Source: Selaginella moellendorffii (lineage: Eukaryota; Plantae; Lycopodiophyta). Taken from it: 64,000 bases of DNA. The notes under the pieces are model-generated. The model saw only the letters and a program-made list of their open reading frames with translations. It did no database searches and was not told the DNA's origin. The stretch is taken from contig NW_003314328.1 in assembly GCF_000143415.4 (NCBI RefSeq), forward strand, positions 585,889 to 649,888, in the 5' to 3' direction. A program made the translations under genes and the position numbers. Positions 24,320-37,205 of this stretch are shown here, piece after piece. Each line of letters starts with the position of its first letter. Within the stretch, counting starts at the first letter, position 1.

Positions 24320-26645
24320 GGTGGGTTTTAAAGTGCTTTTAGAGCTAATCTAAGAATGCCCATGGTATAAACTTCTAAATTTAAACTTTATGGGAGGTCA
24401 TATAGCCCAGTACTATTCAAATTCAACCAAAGGATGCTTAATCCTAAGTATTAAAAAACCTTTAACCAAATGAAAAAAGAAGGTGCACTCTTGTTCATAT
24501 GATTTTTCTTTTTATATTTGAACCCTTATGGATAATTTATGGAGTCAATTATCCCAATAGATAGTGGGTTTTAAAGTGTTTTTAGAGCTTCCTTAAGAAT
24601 GCACATGGTGTAAACTTCTAAATTTGAACTTCCCGGAAGGTCATCCACCCTAATACTAACCCAAGGACATTTAACCCTAAGTATCCCAAGTAACCATAAA
24701 CCTCTTTTTTGTTTTATATTTAAACTCTTATAGATCGTCTCAGGAGTCATTCTTTTTAGTTGTTTATATATGGCTTTATTGGCTTTATATAACTCCTCTT
24801 ATAGTGCACCATTTTCATCTCACTCTTTTGTTTATACTTTCAGTATGACATAAGAGAATGGCCATATTACCACACCTCCTAGTAAGGCAAACAAGGATTA
24901 CTATTTTCTAAACAAGTGTTTGATAAAGAAAATGGTAGTGGGGGATTGATTAAGCATAGAAAGTCATGCTAGAAATCTGAAAGAAGAACATAAAGAAAAT
25001 ATACCTTCAATTAGTTCCTTGAGCCAAGATCAATATTGCTTGCTCACACTACTATCAAACCTCAAGCACTTGAAGAATTCCCTTTGGTAGGATGATATTC
25101 CATACTTGAAACAATTATAACAGGGTGTCCATCCCTATATTTGTAAGAGCCCCTATCAATTGCCCACTATAGTGTAGCTTTCTTCATGGCTCTATAATGA
25201 TGAAGTGCACACCATTTCTCCAATTTGTCATAGTTCATAGAATAGTGTTCTCCACACCACTGCCCATATGCAAGAGTCCACCTTTTCTAGGTAGCCCACC
25301 ATGATATTCACCAACCTTGAATTCATGAAGATTGAGGTGTGTGATTGCTAAGTTTTCCAAAATGCTATTGATGGCCTTTTGGTGGGCATCCTCCTCCAAC
25401 TCGTGGACTACCCCACACAATAGGTTGGTAGCATCTCATATCCCAAAGGCACAAGACTTAAAATCCATCTCAAACACACCACTATTAAAGAGTCATTTGG
25501 AATAAGGATCTTGTTTGTTTCAATAGCAAGTGTGGCAATTGTGCACGGTTGGGAGACCATTGCATTGCATTCAAAAGCTTAGAATAAAAGCCAACAAATA
25601 AACATAATTTATAAACCAACTTGAAAATAGTCACTGCAATGCAAATTTATTAAGACTTGTTTATCAAGTCTTTGTCTTTTTAGTGTATTGTTGTGCTCTG
25701 CCTTGGCATATATAGATGCTAACACAAACCTCCATCCTAGTAATAAAACAAGCTATATGATTGCAAATGTCCATCATTAAATGTAAATTTTTAAAACACT
25801 TACATTCCTCTAAACTAAGGCTCCATGAAACTCATTAGCATACACTACCTTTGAGTTTGGACTTCGCAACTTTAGCTTGAAGTTAAGCATGTTTTGGGGA
25901 GCTATCCAAACCATGTGAAACTTAGATTTTTTATTTGCATAAATCACCAATAGATTTGTTAATTTTAATTTCCTTCGTGCATTCTTATATGATGGAAGCA
26001 TTGCATTCTCTATTATAAACCTTGAGAGCTAGTAATATAAAGTGTTTGCATTCTCATGTAGTTTGTGCAACTTGTTGAACTTGTCCATATTGCAATGCTA
26101 GAGCCTACAAACAATGCTAGAGCCTACAAACATGTTTCATTCTTGCCAATATGGCATGGAATTGACATTAAGGACACGTCAAAGGAATTACTCCCCACCA
26201 AGCCATTTGAATTCTGCATGGTCTCCTAAGATTTCCATATTTTCCAAGCACTTTATGCTTAAGCCAACATACATGTGTTATAAGGTCAAGATCATTTGCC
26301 ACTATAAGCTTGTAAACTCCTAAGTTTGGATTTCCCTGGAGGTCACCCAACCCAGTAGTATTTAAACCCAAGGACACTTAACCCCAAATATCCCAAGATC
26401 CTTAATTAATTGAAAAAGGGGGTGCACTCGTATTCATAGGCCCTTTCCCTCTATATTTAAACCCTTATTGATCACCTTTCAAATTGTTCTCTTTGGTTGT
26501 TTATAAAGTTTTAGTATACTAACATTATGTAAGCTTATGAATTTAGACTTTTTGAGAGGTTATTTAGCCCAGTAATCTATAAAGGTTCAAATATAAAGGG
26601 AAAGGGTTTATGAAAAAGAGTGCACCTCTTTTTCCAGGTTGCTTA
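24320..26645. repeat. Several copies of a short LTR of about 190 bp (family D), including a tandem pair of about 243 bp at 24320-24770
   Basis: tgtaaacttctaaattt...acccaaggaca...ggtgcac...tttggttg motif at about 24367, 24608 and 26311, and a partial/inverted copy at about 26530-26645. Confidence 0.75.
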
Positions 26646-29141
26646 CACAATATATCCTTCATAACTCTAATTTCTTGGAAATTAACCATGTTATTGATAG
26701 CCTTAGGCTACATGGCTAACTTCAATAGAGCACAAACCATTCTTGAGCTCATGAGTTGAAGAGTCGAGCTCACGAGTTAAGCTCAAGTTTCAATTATAGT
26801 TTAATACAAACATTATAAACTTTAAAATATTAAAGTTATGGTAAACTTAATAATTTTACAACTCTCTACACATTAGATAGATAAAATGTTCTAGAGGACA
26901 CTTCTTGTTCTAACAATTCAAATATTTACTATATGCTAGAATAGGGATATTTGTTAGAATATAAAATGAGATATTTGCAGAAAAAGTATTCTTATTACTT
27001 CTTTAAATTTGTACTCTAGCTAGTAAATGTTAGGTTTGTTAGAATTTAAAATTATTAAATTTAAAGTAAGATTTTGTGAAAGGCTATATAGTTGTTTGAA
27101 AGAAAAAAAAAACAACCATTTATATAAGCTTATTGCATATAAAAAAAAGACTTAATTCTTCTCTAAAATACATTCTTGAAGGGTTTATTATAGTATAGTA
27201 TCTAGAATTTATGGATTTTCACTTGCACTTTCATTTGAAGAGAGGGAAATACACATAAATTTGTGAAATCTAGTGTTAGTAAGTTCAACTTATGCAATCT
27301 TTCTTCCCAGGGTAGTAAGTTAACGGTTAGGAGCTACAATAGTTGTCCTATGGCACAATATAACCAAATCACATAAAAAAAAAAAGAGAGGATAGTGAAG
27401 ATAATGATTATGAGTTGGAGATAAATGTGATGAGAGAGGATGCAACAAATTGGGTGAAAAAGAATGCCCTCTTACTTATTTTAGAAAACTACAATTTTAT
27501 GACTTTCAAGAAATGTCTTATATGTTTTCTAGGTTCCAATGGAGACAATGGCAGTGATTAATATGATGGTATATATGCTATTAGGACACACTATAACATC
27601 AAACACCCGAAAAATTACTATGAAATATATTTTGAGATGGTAAAGACACAAATGGAGATACATGAGTACTATGGGTAGTGTTGCGAAAAGAACACTCACA
27701 AGTATATGAAATGAAAAGTAAAATGAAAAAATATTCATTTATTAAATATATAAAGTATAATAAATTTATATTATTGATAAAGAATAAACATCAATAGTCT
27801 TGACAAGTCTAGTTAGCTCCAAAAGTTTTTTGTAATTCAATAATAGAAGCTTGCTTAGTCTATATGAATGTCGACTTTAGAATCATGGTGTAATGTGTTG
27901 ATAAAGATGTAGTACATATGCTTGCAAGAAGCATATATGTTCGGCTTTACGTTACAATAAATAATTTCAACCTATTGTGATTCACTCTTTTTATTAGTCA
28001 CTTGAGGTGGCTTAATCTGGGAGTAGTGTCTTGGAGCAGAATGTTATTCAACATCATGCTTGTAAAAGTTTTTCCATCCAAAGTCCATGCTAACATCTTC
28101 ACCAGCAAAGGAAAAACAATACTTTGAGCAAACAATCTTTATATCACTAATAGAAGTGGAGAGTGTATTCCATACATGTGTTATGGACCACTTCCTTAAC
28201 TATAGTTGCCACCATTTGGGCTAGTGGAGTCAATTTTCTTTTCATCTTATTATATAACATCACTTTGTTCCTATGTATCTTCCTTCTTTGAATGCTAATG
28301 CTTTTGAAAACTACTCTACAACACATATCAAATTTAATAAACACGCTTCATATACCCTTATATTCCCTTTCCCTACCTTAGAGGAACATTAGCTCCATTA
28401 CTTACTTTTGGAGAGATTCATAGTTGGGGTGTATGCAAGGTCCTTAAGTGGTTGATCCTAATGAAAAAAGTGATATTAAGAGGCAATAAAATGAGAAGAA
28501 AAAATAAAAATCAACATAAAAAGAGTAATGTCCCCATTAGAACATTCTAACTTCCCACCACCCTAATCATGAGTCAAATTGAAGTAGGCAACTTGTGTCT
28601 ATATAGCCATCTTCATGCCACCACATCTAGATTTCATTTGCCTTTGCTTTATGCTCTTTTTTAAAGGATGTAACTTACCATTATTTATAGAACTCCTTAA
28701 ACACTAATTGAAACTCTAGCTTGATAAGATGACAATGTTGGTTTAGGCTTTGAGCCCAATGGAACTTATAAGTCTTTTCATGACTTTCCAATGGTTGACC
28801 ATTTCGAAAAAAGTGTTTGGACACCATTCCAATTTACATTAGCCCCATTTGCTATAAAATTGCAAAAGTCTGCAGGCTTACCAGTCCGCTTTAGCACAAT
28901 ATCAGAGAGAGACTTTTAAAATATTCTTAGACTATCTTGTCTTGTACTTTAAGCTCTATTGTTGCAATTGTCAAGGTACAACATAGCCTGTGAAAACATA
29001 AATATTACAACCATTTTAAAATAATGAGAATAAAATTTACCTTGCATCATATATGTTAGCTCCTATAGTTGTCCAAAAATAATGTAAAAATTACCTTAGG
29101 TTATATATATGAGCTCCCATAGTTGTCCAACATAATACGTA

Positions 29142-29734
29142 TGTAAACTTCTAAATTTAAACTTCCTGGGAAGTCACTCAAGGTAGTAGTATTCAAACCC
29201 AAGGACACTTAACCTTAAGTATCCCAAAACTCTTAATTGATTAAAAAAAGGGGTGCACTTTTATTCATAGGCCTTTTCTTTTTATATTTGAACCTTATAG
29301 ATCATCTCTCAAATAGTTTTTTTGGTTGCTTACAATTCATTACACTTCCTTGCAAATTCACACTCTTGTGAACTGAAGTTGAGAGCCACAACTCTCCCGA
29401 GAGCCTTGCTCTCTTAACATCCTACTACTCAAGTCGAGCCCAGCTAGAGAAAACTAGATCTACTATATATCAATTAACATGTGGTGCAATTCCTTTATTC
29501 AACCAATAGCGTTAGACTTGAGACTTGCTTTAATACCAAATGTAAACTCATGAATTTGGACTTCCTGGGAGATCACCCAACTTAGTGTTATTCAAACCCA
29601 AGGACATTTAACCCCAAATATCCCAAAACCCTTAACCGATTGGAAAATGGGGTGCATTTTTATTCTTAGATCTTTTCCCTTTATATTTAACTCTATGGAT
29701 TGTCTCTCTAAGTCGTTCTCTTTGGTTGCTTATA
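29142..29734 (-). mobile_element. TRIM-like miniature LTR retrotransposon (family D)
   Basis: Direct repeats 29142-29334 and 29541-29734 (tgtaaac...ttgcttaca/ttgcttata); 206-bp non-coding interior; Met-type PBS (minus strand tggtattaaagc) at 29527-29538; flanks acgta/atgtg are a possible decayed TSD. Confidence 0.75.
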
Positions 29735-29998
29735 ATGTGCTCCTTATGGTCAAAATGTACCCATACATTTACAAGATCATTGGATCTAGACATGCTCATT
29801 CAAGAGACAAAATTTACATCAAAAGTAAAGGCTATTGTAGATATCTTGAAGACAAAGGGGCACTTCTGCTCATTCACAACTTGGTCTGGAAACAAATTTC
29901 CATAAATGAACTTGTACAGACAATTTCATTTTAATTTAAGGATGGAGTCAATTTTTTATTGCAACTTCCCCTCTTGAGATTTATACATCCCCTCTTGA

Positions 29999-30550
29999 GT
30001 GTTAGGAACCCCCACAATATTGAGTTTGGTCCCTCAATATTTACCAGATAATAGCTTATCATGTCTGCCAAACACTCTTGCTATCATGCACCTTTTGTTA
30101 GTTCTATTTGGTTTTAATTGCTATTAATAGAAAGTTTCTAGATATGCTAATTTGGCATATTTACAGAATGTAGAGATTGTTCTGAACACAATCTCATGTC
30201 CAAATTCACAATTTAATGCCATTCCATATTTAGTAAGTTTTGAGTTAGTCTCAGAGACTAACTCCTAGTACTAAAGGTGATTAAAGGTGAAAGCCCAAAG
30301 CATACATTCCTCAAGGGGGGGGGGGGATTTTAAATGTATAGTAAGGATAGTGGGTAAGTTGATCATTATTGACCAACCTGAGGCATAATCTAGCTCCCGC
30401 TTGTGTGCCTGTATTTGTTTTATGTCTGGCTTAAGCCAAAGTTCCACTTGATGCTAGCTAATGGAATACCCATATCCTCGCATTAGGCCACTAGTATGCT
30501 AAAATAATATCAAATTCCATTTGGCTCTATTTTGTGTGCTAGTCCTGGCA
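29999..30550 (+). mobile_element. Family A LTR fragment in inverted orientation
   Basis: Reverse complement of about 30852-31445 (e.g. gagactaactcct vs aggagttagtct; poly-G at 30315 vs poly-C near 31085-31118). Confidence 0.85.
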
Positions 30551-33500
30551 TGTAGCACATATGGTTTTGACCCTTTATCCTATGGTGATTTACCATAGGA
30601 TAACACCACAAAGTGGAACCTAAACCCTCTTTATGCCACGTGACACATGCCACGTGTCCATTGGAAAGTGGTGTGGATCCCGAGGTTTAGGGCTTTGGGC
30701 CACTGAACAAAGGAACAGTGCCAAACTCCCAAGCATGGAGCCAAGGAGTGATGGAACCGGACCATGGAGCAACTCCTGAGCATACAACCCAAGGAGTGAA
30801 GGGACAGAAGCCCGGAGTGACTTGGAATAGTCCTAGAGTAACCAATATCCCATTGCTAGGACCAGCACGCAAAACGGAGCCAAACAGAGTCTGGTGCTAT
30901 TTTGGCATACCGGTGGCTTAACGCAAGAACATGGGTACTCCACCAGCTAACATGGAATGGAACTTGGGCTTAGACCCAAGCTGGACGCAGAACAAGGATA
31001 GGCACACAAGTGGGAGCTAGACTATACCTTAGGTTGATCGACCATGCCCAACTTACCCACTATCCCCACTATACATTTGAAACCCCCCACAGCCCCCCGC
31101 CCCGCCCCCCTTCCCCCTTGAGGAACACACGCTTTGGGATTTCACCCCAAGCTTCCCTTAGTATCAGGAGTTAGTCTTTGGGACAAGCTCGGAATTTATT
31201 AAATATCGAATGGCATTAGATTGCGAATTTGGACACGGAATGAACACCATTGTGTTCAGGCCGATCTCTACATTCCATAGATATGCCAAATGAGCAAATC
31301 TAGACATTTTCCATAAATAGCATTTGGGACCAAAATGAGACTAACACAAAGGGCATGATAGCGAGAGTGTTTGACAGACACGGTAAGCTATCATTTAGCA
31401 ATATTAAGGGACCAATCTCAATATCGCGGGGGTTCTTGATATTAGCAAGTGCAAGCTAATGACTCAAGCTTCTCAAATTAGGCCGAGTATGCTTAACAAG
31501 AAACACATAGGAGTTTCTACCTTATGTTTATCCAATCTAAGTACATGGTCATTGACCAATTTCTCAACTAGCTCAAGTGGGAAACTGATAACGGGTCTAG
31601 CAATACCAACCTCTTGCCGTCGTGGCAGTAAGGAAAGAATATCCGAAAGGACTAGCCGACAAATAACTTTCGATACCCGAAGTCACATTCGTGACACTCT
31701 CCCCCCCCTAGGGAAGATCGACGTCCTCGTCAATGCATACTCGAGTCTAGAATACCGCTAAGGAAACAACTCTAGAAAAAGTTCACGGTATTCACACTAT
31801 GTGAGAAATGCACCAACTTAAATGAGTTAGGAGGCAACCTCTTTGTCTAACGTAGATGCACTACCAGCTCAGACACCTTCTAGCTATCGCCGACAAGGAA
31901 ATGACCAATGGAGTCAGCCACCCTTGCTGCTCTGGGTGTCACCTAGCTTACAAAAGTGTGATATGCCCCTGCCTGCAGGGACATAGAGAGAGAAGCCAGA
32001 GGCCCCAACCCTCATGAGCAAAGAAACCAAACTCGTCGGTAAGGTCTAGATAGACTACTGTAAATAGGCAGTGAGAGTTGTTTACACGGTCACGCCCTTG
32101 TAACGGAATAAGGAACATCGGCAGAGAGGCGGGTTAAGTGACCAGTCGACAGTAGCTACCCTATGACTAGAAATTTCACCATGCACACAAAGTGCCGAAG
32201 CCAGTCTACCTATACTGGCCCAAATTCAAAGATCAATAAATGGACAATATCAAAGTCAAAGATAATGATATCTTAGAGACTTAATTATCAATGATTAAAT
32301 CTTATATTAGAACACAAAAGTATTCCAAGTAAGTGATCATCCGATAAACTAGTATGAGAATATAGGAACCACCAAGATCATCATTATGGGAAAACATAGG
32401 ATTCACCATCCAACAAAATTTAATAGCAAGTATATCATCAAGTAAACTTAATGACAAAACTTAACTATTAAAGATTGCAAACAGAATGCCAAACAACTTA
32501 CAAAAGATAACTCAAAGAACACAAAGTATCATTGACTAGCAAACAAGATGCTTGCGAATGTATTACCCGAAGGAAATAACATCTGAATCTATCAGAACTA
32601 ACTTGAGCAATAATCAGTAGAATAGAATGAATGCAGCAAAACCAACAAACACTCATTCATGCTAACCATTGCACTAGCCAATCTGAATAGATCCCAGTCA
32701 ATAATACGAAAGAACTCAAGTTGCTTAAGCAAGCGTTAGCAACATCCTACTGATGTCTCAAACCCAAAAGACCAATCCAAAGCAAACCACAAAGAACATG
32801 TGGTATTGCAAAAAATCATAAGCCATCAAAGAGAACAAATAACCATTATGAAAAATCATCAATTATCCCACCAATGAAGATGCATAATCATTGTTGAAGA
32901 AATAATCTACCATCCCGAAAAATAGCAAATCATTCTAGATCAATAATAATCAAGCAAAATCATTGACAAGGATAATCAACTATCCTAGATGATAGTCAAT
33001 CATCATCTATGATTGCTAGATGCAAAAGCTAACTTCAACATCTAAGCTAATGAGCCAAATGCCTTCCCCAACACCTTTTAGCAAATGAAACAATGAGTAT
33101 AGAAACTCAAAGAACCAAAAGCTCGAAGAAGTCTATAACTAAGTCGTGCCTAACAATGATCATAAGTCTTGTATAAACTAACTTTAATGTTAATAAAGAA
33201 ATCATGGTACAACCCACAATATCTTCTTTAACACATCTATAAGTTAAACTTCATAATGCTAAAGCTAATGAAGAGCATATCTACATCAATCCAAAAGCCA
33301 AGCACAATGAAGCTATGCTTAACAAGTGATCACTAAATGATCTTCCATGAATCCATTTATAGTAAGACGTAACTCACTTCATAACAAGCATAAGAAGAAT
33401 CATCAATGATCGATATATTCCAACTCAAACCCAATAAGGATTCAAACTTTTCAATACTGATCACTAACTCTTTCTCCTGTAGAGTTAGCATAGTCCACGA

Positions 33501-36500
33501 CTGAATCACTTTTCAAGAAAAAGCCAAAGCTCAACCTCTACTAAATAATTTCGTCTAGAACACAACTAACTCAACTTGCCACTCAGTTCATTTGAACATC
33601 AATACAGTTGCTAACTAGCAAATGCACAAATGTTAATAACACAAAGCCATAGCCAAATCATCAACACCATATTCATTGAGACTAATAAAACTCAATATCA
33701 ATTTTATAGAGAGACATCTTATTTCACTAGAATCTCAACATCAATAATGTCCACAACAAGGCACTACTTCAATGCCATCAACACCAAAATAAAGTAAAAA
33801 GACAGCAAGAGCGAATCACCACTCAAAGCTCCCTAGCAACTAAGCTAACCAAAGTCGAAGATACTTTAGTCAGTCTCTGAGACTAATCCTCCAACAATAC
33901 TCAGTTACAGATAACTCATCATCAAGGAGTGATTCATCACATCCAAGACTCAATGAAATCCAACATTATGGACTAAACGTAATCAAATGATATCAATAAA
34001 GGTAGAGTCAATATACCAATATGGAAAACCCATGTAAGTCTAACGACACGATCCTCCACAACACCATCCGGTAAAGCAAGCCCATCACTAATGAATGTTC
34101 ACCGAGTGAAGCAAATGTCAATAGTCTCCGACAAAGTTTACAAGCAATCACTAGTCACAAAGCAACTAACAATCACTCTTTCAACTTGCCTTCATAAGAC
34201 CCAAACACTAAACTCACATCATCGAGTCATATACTTGACCAACATGAATGTAATACCTTAGGTACGAGATAAAAGTTCATGGACAAGCACAAATTAAATG
34301 ACCGCTCGAATCCAACTCAACTGCAATAAGCTCACTAACATATTTAGCCAACAGTTCTGAGCATGCCTTGAAGAGGCTAGCTATGCATGATTAATACTCA
34401 GTTAAAGCTAAAGTGAAGACCATGAGATGAACTCATATTGGTACACAACCTCCTCATTGACAAAGCTATAGTACAGGTACTAACATCTCAAACTTAAACA
34501 ACTAAGTTGGACATCACCATTCTCAGCTAAGGCACAGGGCCACTAAAACTAAGTCAAGATCAGTAAGAGCTCACTACTCTCATAGGGTCTAACGAAATGC
34601 AAAGTGCAACCTGCCACCAAGAAAAACACTATAAAAGAAAGGCACATGGGTCACCCTTCTCAGAAAAGTGCAACAGCCACTTTTCTACACCAACTCTAGA
34701 CTTTATCCAACTCAATTGCCTTAGCCTCAAAAGTTAGCATCCCTTTTTGGGTTGCATCATACAAACTACCTACTAAAGTTTAAAACAACCAAGGTCAACT
34801 CTAACCCTTTCACTAGTTTATATTGGCTTACAAAAACAGAATGGTTTTTGAGCAACAACTCAGCCATTGGAAAAGTCTAAGAAAATTTGTGGAAAATTTT
34901 CCATCCTAGAGAAAGAATGACTCTCAGTTTAGGAATGCAAACTTTCAAGACTCAACCAACTTCATCCTATCTACTACTTCACATAGGTTCATCTCAACAC
35001 AAATTCTCATGATCTGACAATATGCTTAAGCATCGAACATCTTACCCATATTTCTGACATTCAACACCGACATCCGCAAAAATGCAAAATGAACATCTAA
35101 GGCTTGATCACGAAGACCACATCTTTGGATATCCACATTGCACTAACACTCTTCTTCAACCACCTTCAAGATCTAATGTGAAGCAAAAACACTAACAAAA
35201 AAAATGACATGGAAAATCAAGTTCTAAGGAAAATCCTCATCACTTAAAATAACAATGCCACTTCCACTAACACAAATGCTAGCGATGTCAATGCCTCAAC
35301 TACACATCTTCTTCATCCAACAATCTACTTCAAGTGTTAATGGATAAACCGACAAACTATAGAAAATGAATGCTACAACCATTTTTCCAACACTTTATAG
35401 GCAAACTCCAGGAATTAAGGAACCAACTTAAGCTTAGCATAATGGACCATCATCGAGAATCCAGTCAAAGCTACTACAATGCTACTTCGTGCAAATAGAT
35501 TAGCCTTCACCATCAACCACTTTTGGGGTTGATCATCGTTTAACCAAGCAACTTCGTAAACACATTACTCATTATCACATGGATATGATATAAGTATCAC
35601 AATGACTTGATCATCAATTGAGCAACACCATGAGCCACGTCCATGTCATTACTTCAAAGGTTTATGTGAATATCAAGTGCCAACTCGATTCAACAAAATG
35701 CAACATAAATGCCACACTTTACCGATAGAGACTTACAACACCCAACACCACTAACTTTTGTTCACAACACAGATAAGCTCATGCCACTCTCTTTCCGACC
35801 AAACTCAAAACTAAACCAATACCAAGTTACTCAAGGAGCAATAGCAAGGTTCCTCGGAAAAGAATTGAGCATTGCAACCCAAGTCTTCCAATAGCAAGTC
35901 TAGACAAAATAGTTTAGTGCTTCACTGTTATCCATCCCATAACTCACCATTTGTAAGACCATCATTTCCGATATGCACCAAGATAGGGACTCTTGGTTGC
36001 ATAATATGAACATGAGCAATGAGTTAACACTTCATTGCAAATCATCTCTCCAAAAAGAGAAAATGATTTATGTGTTTGATCCTTCCTCCCTAACGACTTT
36101 CTTTTCGGTCTTATCTTTGACTAAACCTCAAGCTTGAGTTCGCACTGCCTTCAGTCCAATCCAAGAAAAGTTTATGAGAGAGCACAACAATGACTACTTG
36201 AACCAATAGACTCATCCCTATAGTCTTGATTGATCCACTCATAATCATGCCTAGGAAGGATCCACTAGTGCTATGCTAAACAACTACGGACCAGCCTATT
36301 TGCCACTCATAGCAAACCCAGAGAAGGTTTACTTTCACCTACGGTACATGGAACAAATCATGGAACCATTGGAACAACTTATCGAACCACCAATAGGCTA
36401 ACATTAATTCTGCCAACTCAAAGTGTAATCTTGAGTTGCTAATGTGCCTCACTCACGAGCCCAAGTGCAAACTCGTGCAATATGGTACACCTCAAATCCA

Positions 36501-37205
36501 TCCCAAGGAATGATTGCGAAGCCTTTTGCACCCAAACGTGTACCTACTTGGATCATCATTTTCATCTCTGCGTATGCAACGAGACTAATTGCCCAATCTC
36601 ATTCGATAGTACTCGCTGAGACGTATCCTCTGATACCAAATGTAGCACACGTGGTTTTGACCCTTTATCCTATGGTGATTTACCATAGAATAACATCACG
36701 AAGCAGAACCTAAACCCTCTTTATGCCACGTGACACATGCCATGTGTCCAAAGGACAGTGGTGCGGAACCCGAGGTTCAAGGTCTTGGGCCACTGAACAA
36801 AAGAACAGTGCCAAACTCCCAAGCATGGAGCCAAGGAGTGACGAAACCGGTCCACGGAGCAACTCCCAAGCATATAGCCCAAGGAGAGAAGGAACAGGAG
36901 CACGGAGTGACTTGGAACAATCCTAGAGCAACCAACATCCCAATGCCAGGACTAGCACGCAAAACAGAGCCAAACGGAGTCTGGTGCTATTTTGGCATAC
37001 CGGTGGCCTAACGTGAGGATATGGGTACTCCACCAGCTAGCATGGTGTGGAGCTTGGGCTTAGACCCAAGCCGGACTCAAAACAAGAACAGGCACACAAG
37101 CAGGAGCTAGACTATGCCTCAGGTTGGTCGGCCATGCCCAACCTACCCCACTATCCCTACTATACATTTAAAACCCCCCACAGCCCCCCCCCCCCCCCCC
37201 CGCCC
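30551..37205 (-). mobile_element. Non-autonomous LTR retrotransposon, family A: 3' LTR 30551-31696, PPT 31697-31710, ORF-less interior, Met PBS 36628-36638, truncated 5' LTR 36641-37205
   Basis: Both LTRs start tgtagcaca; the left LTR ends gtgaca followed by ctctcccccccc (PPT on minus); ctctgatacca is TGGTATCAGAG on minus; no ORF over 60 aa from 31762 to 35708. Confidence 0.9.

Noticed and set aside
24800-29100. Possible decayed DNA-transposon coding sequence between family D LTRs
   Set aside because: Many stops and no transposase motif I could assign.
30687-30921. Similar short ORFs recurring in LTR copies (also at 18391 and 36730)
   Set aside because: They reflect LTR nucleotide similarity and the 48-bp in-frame repeat; starts and stops are inconsistent between copies.
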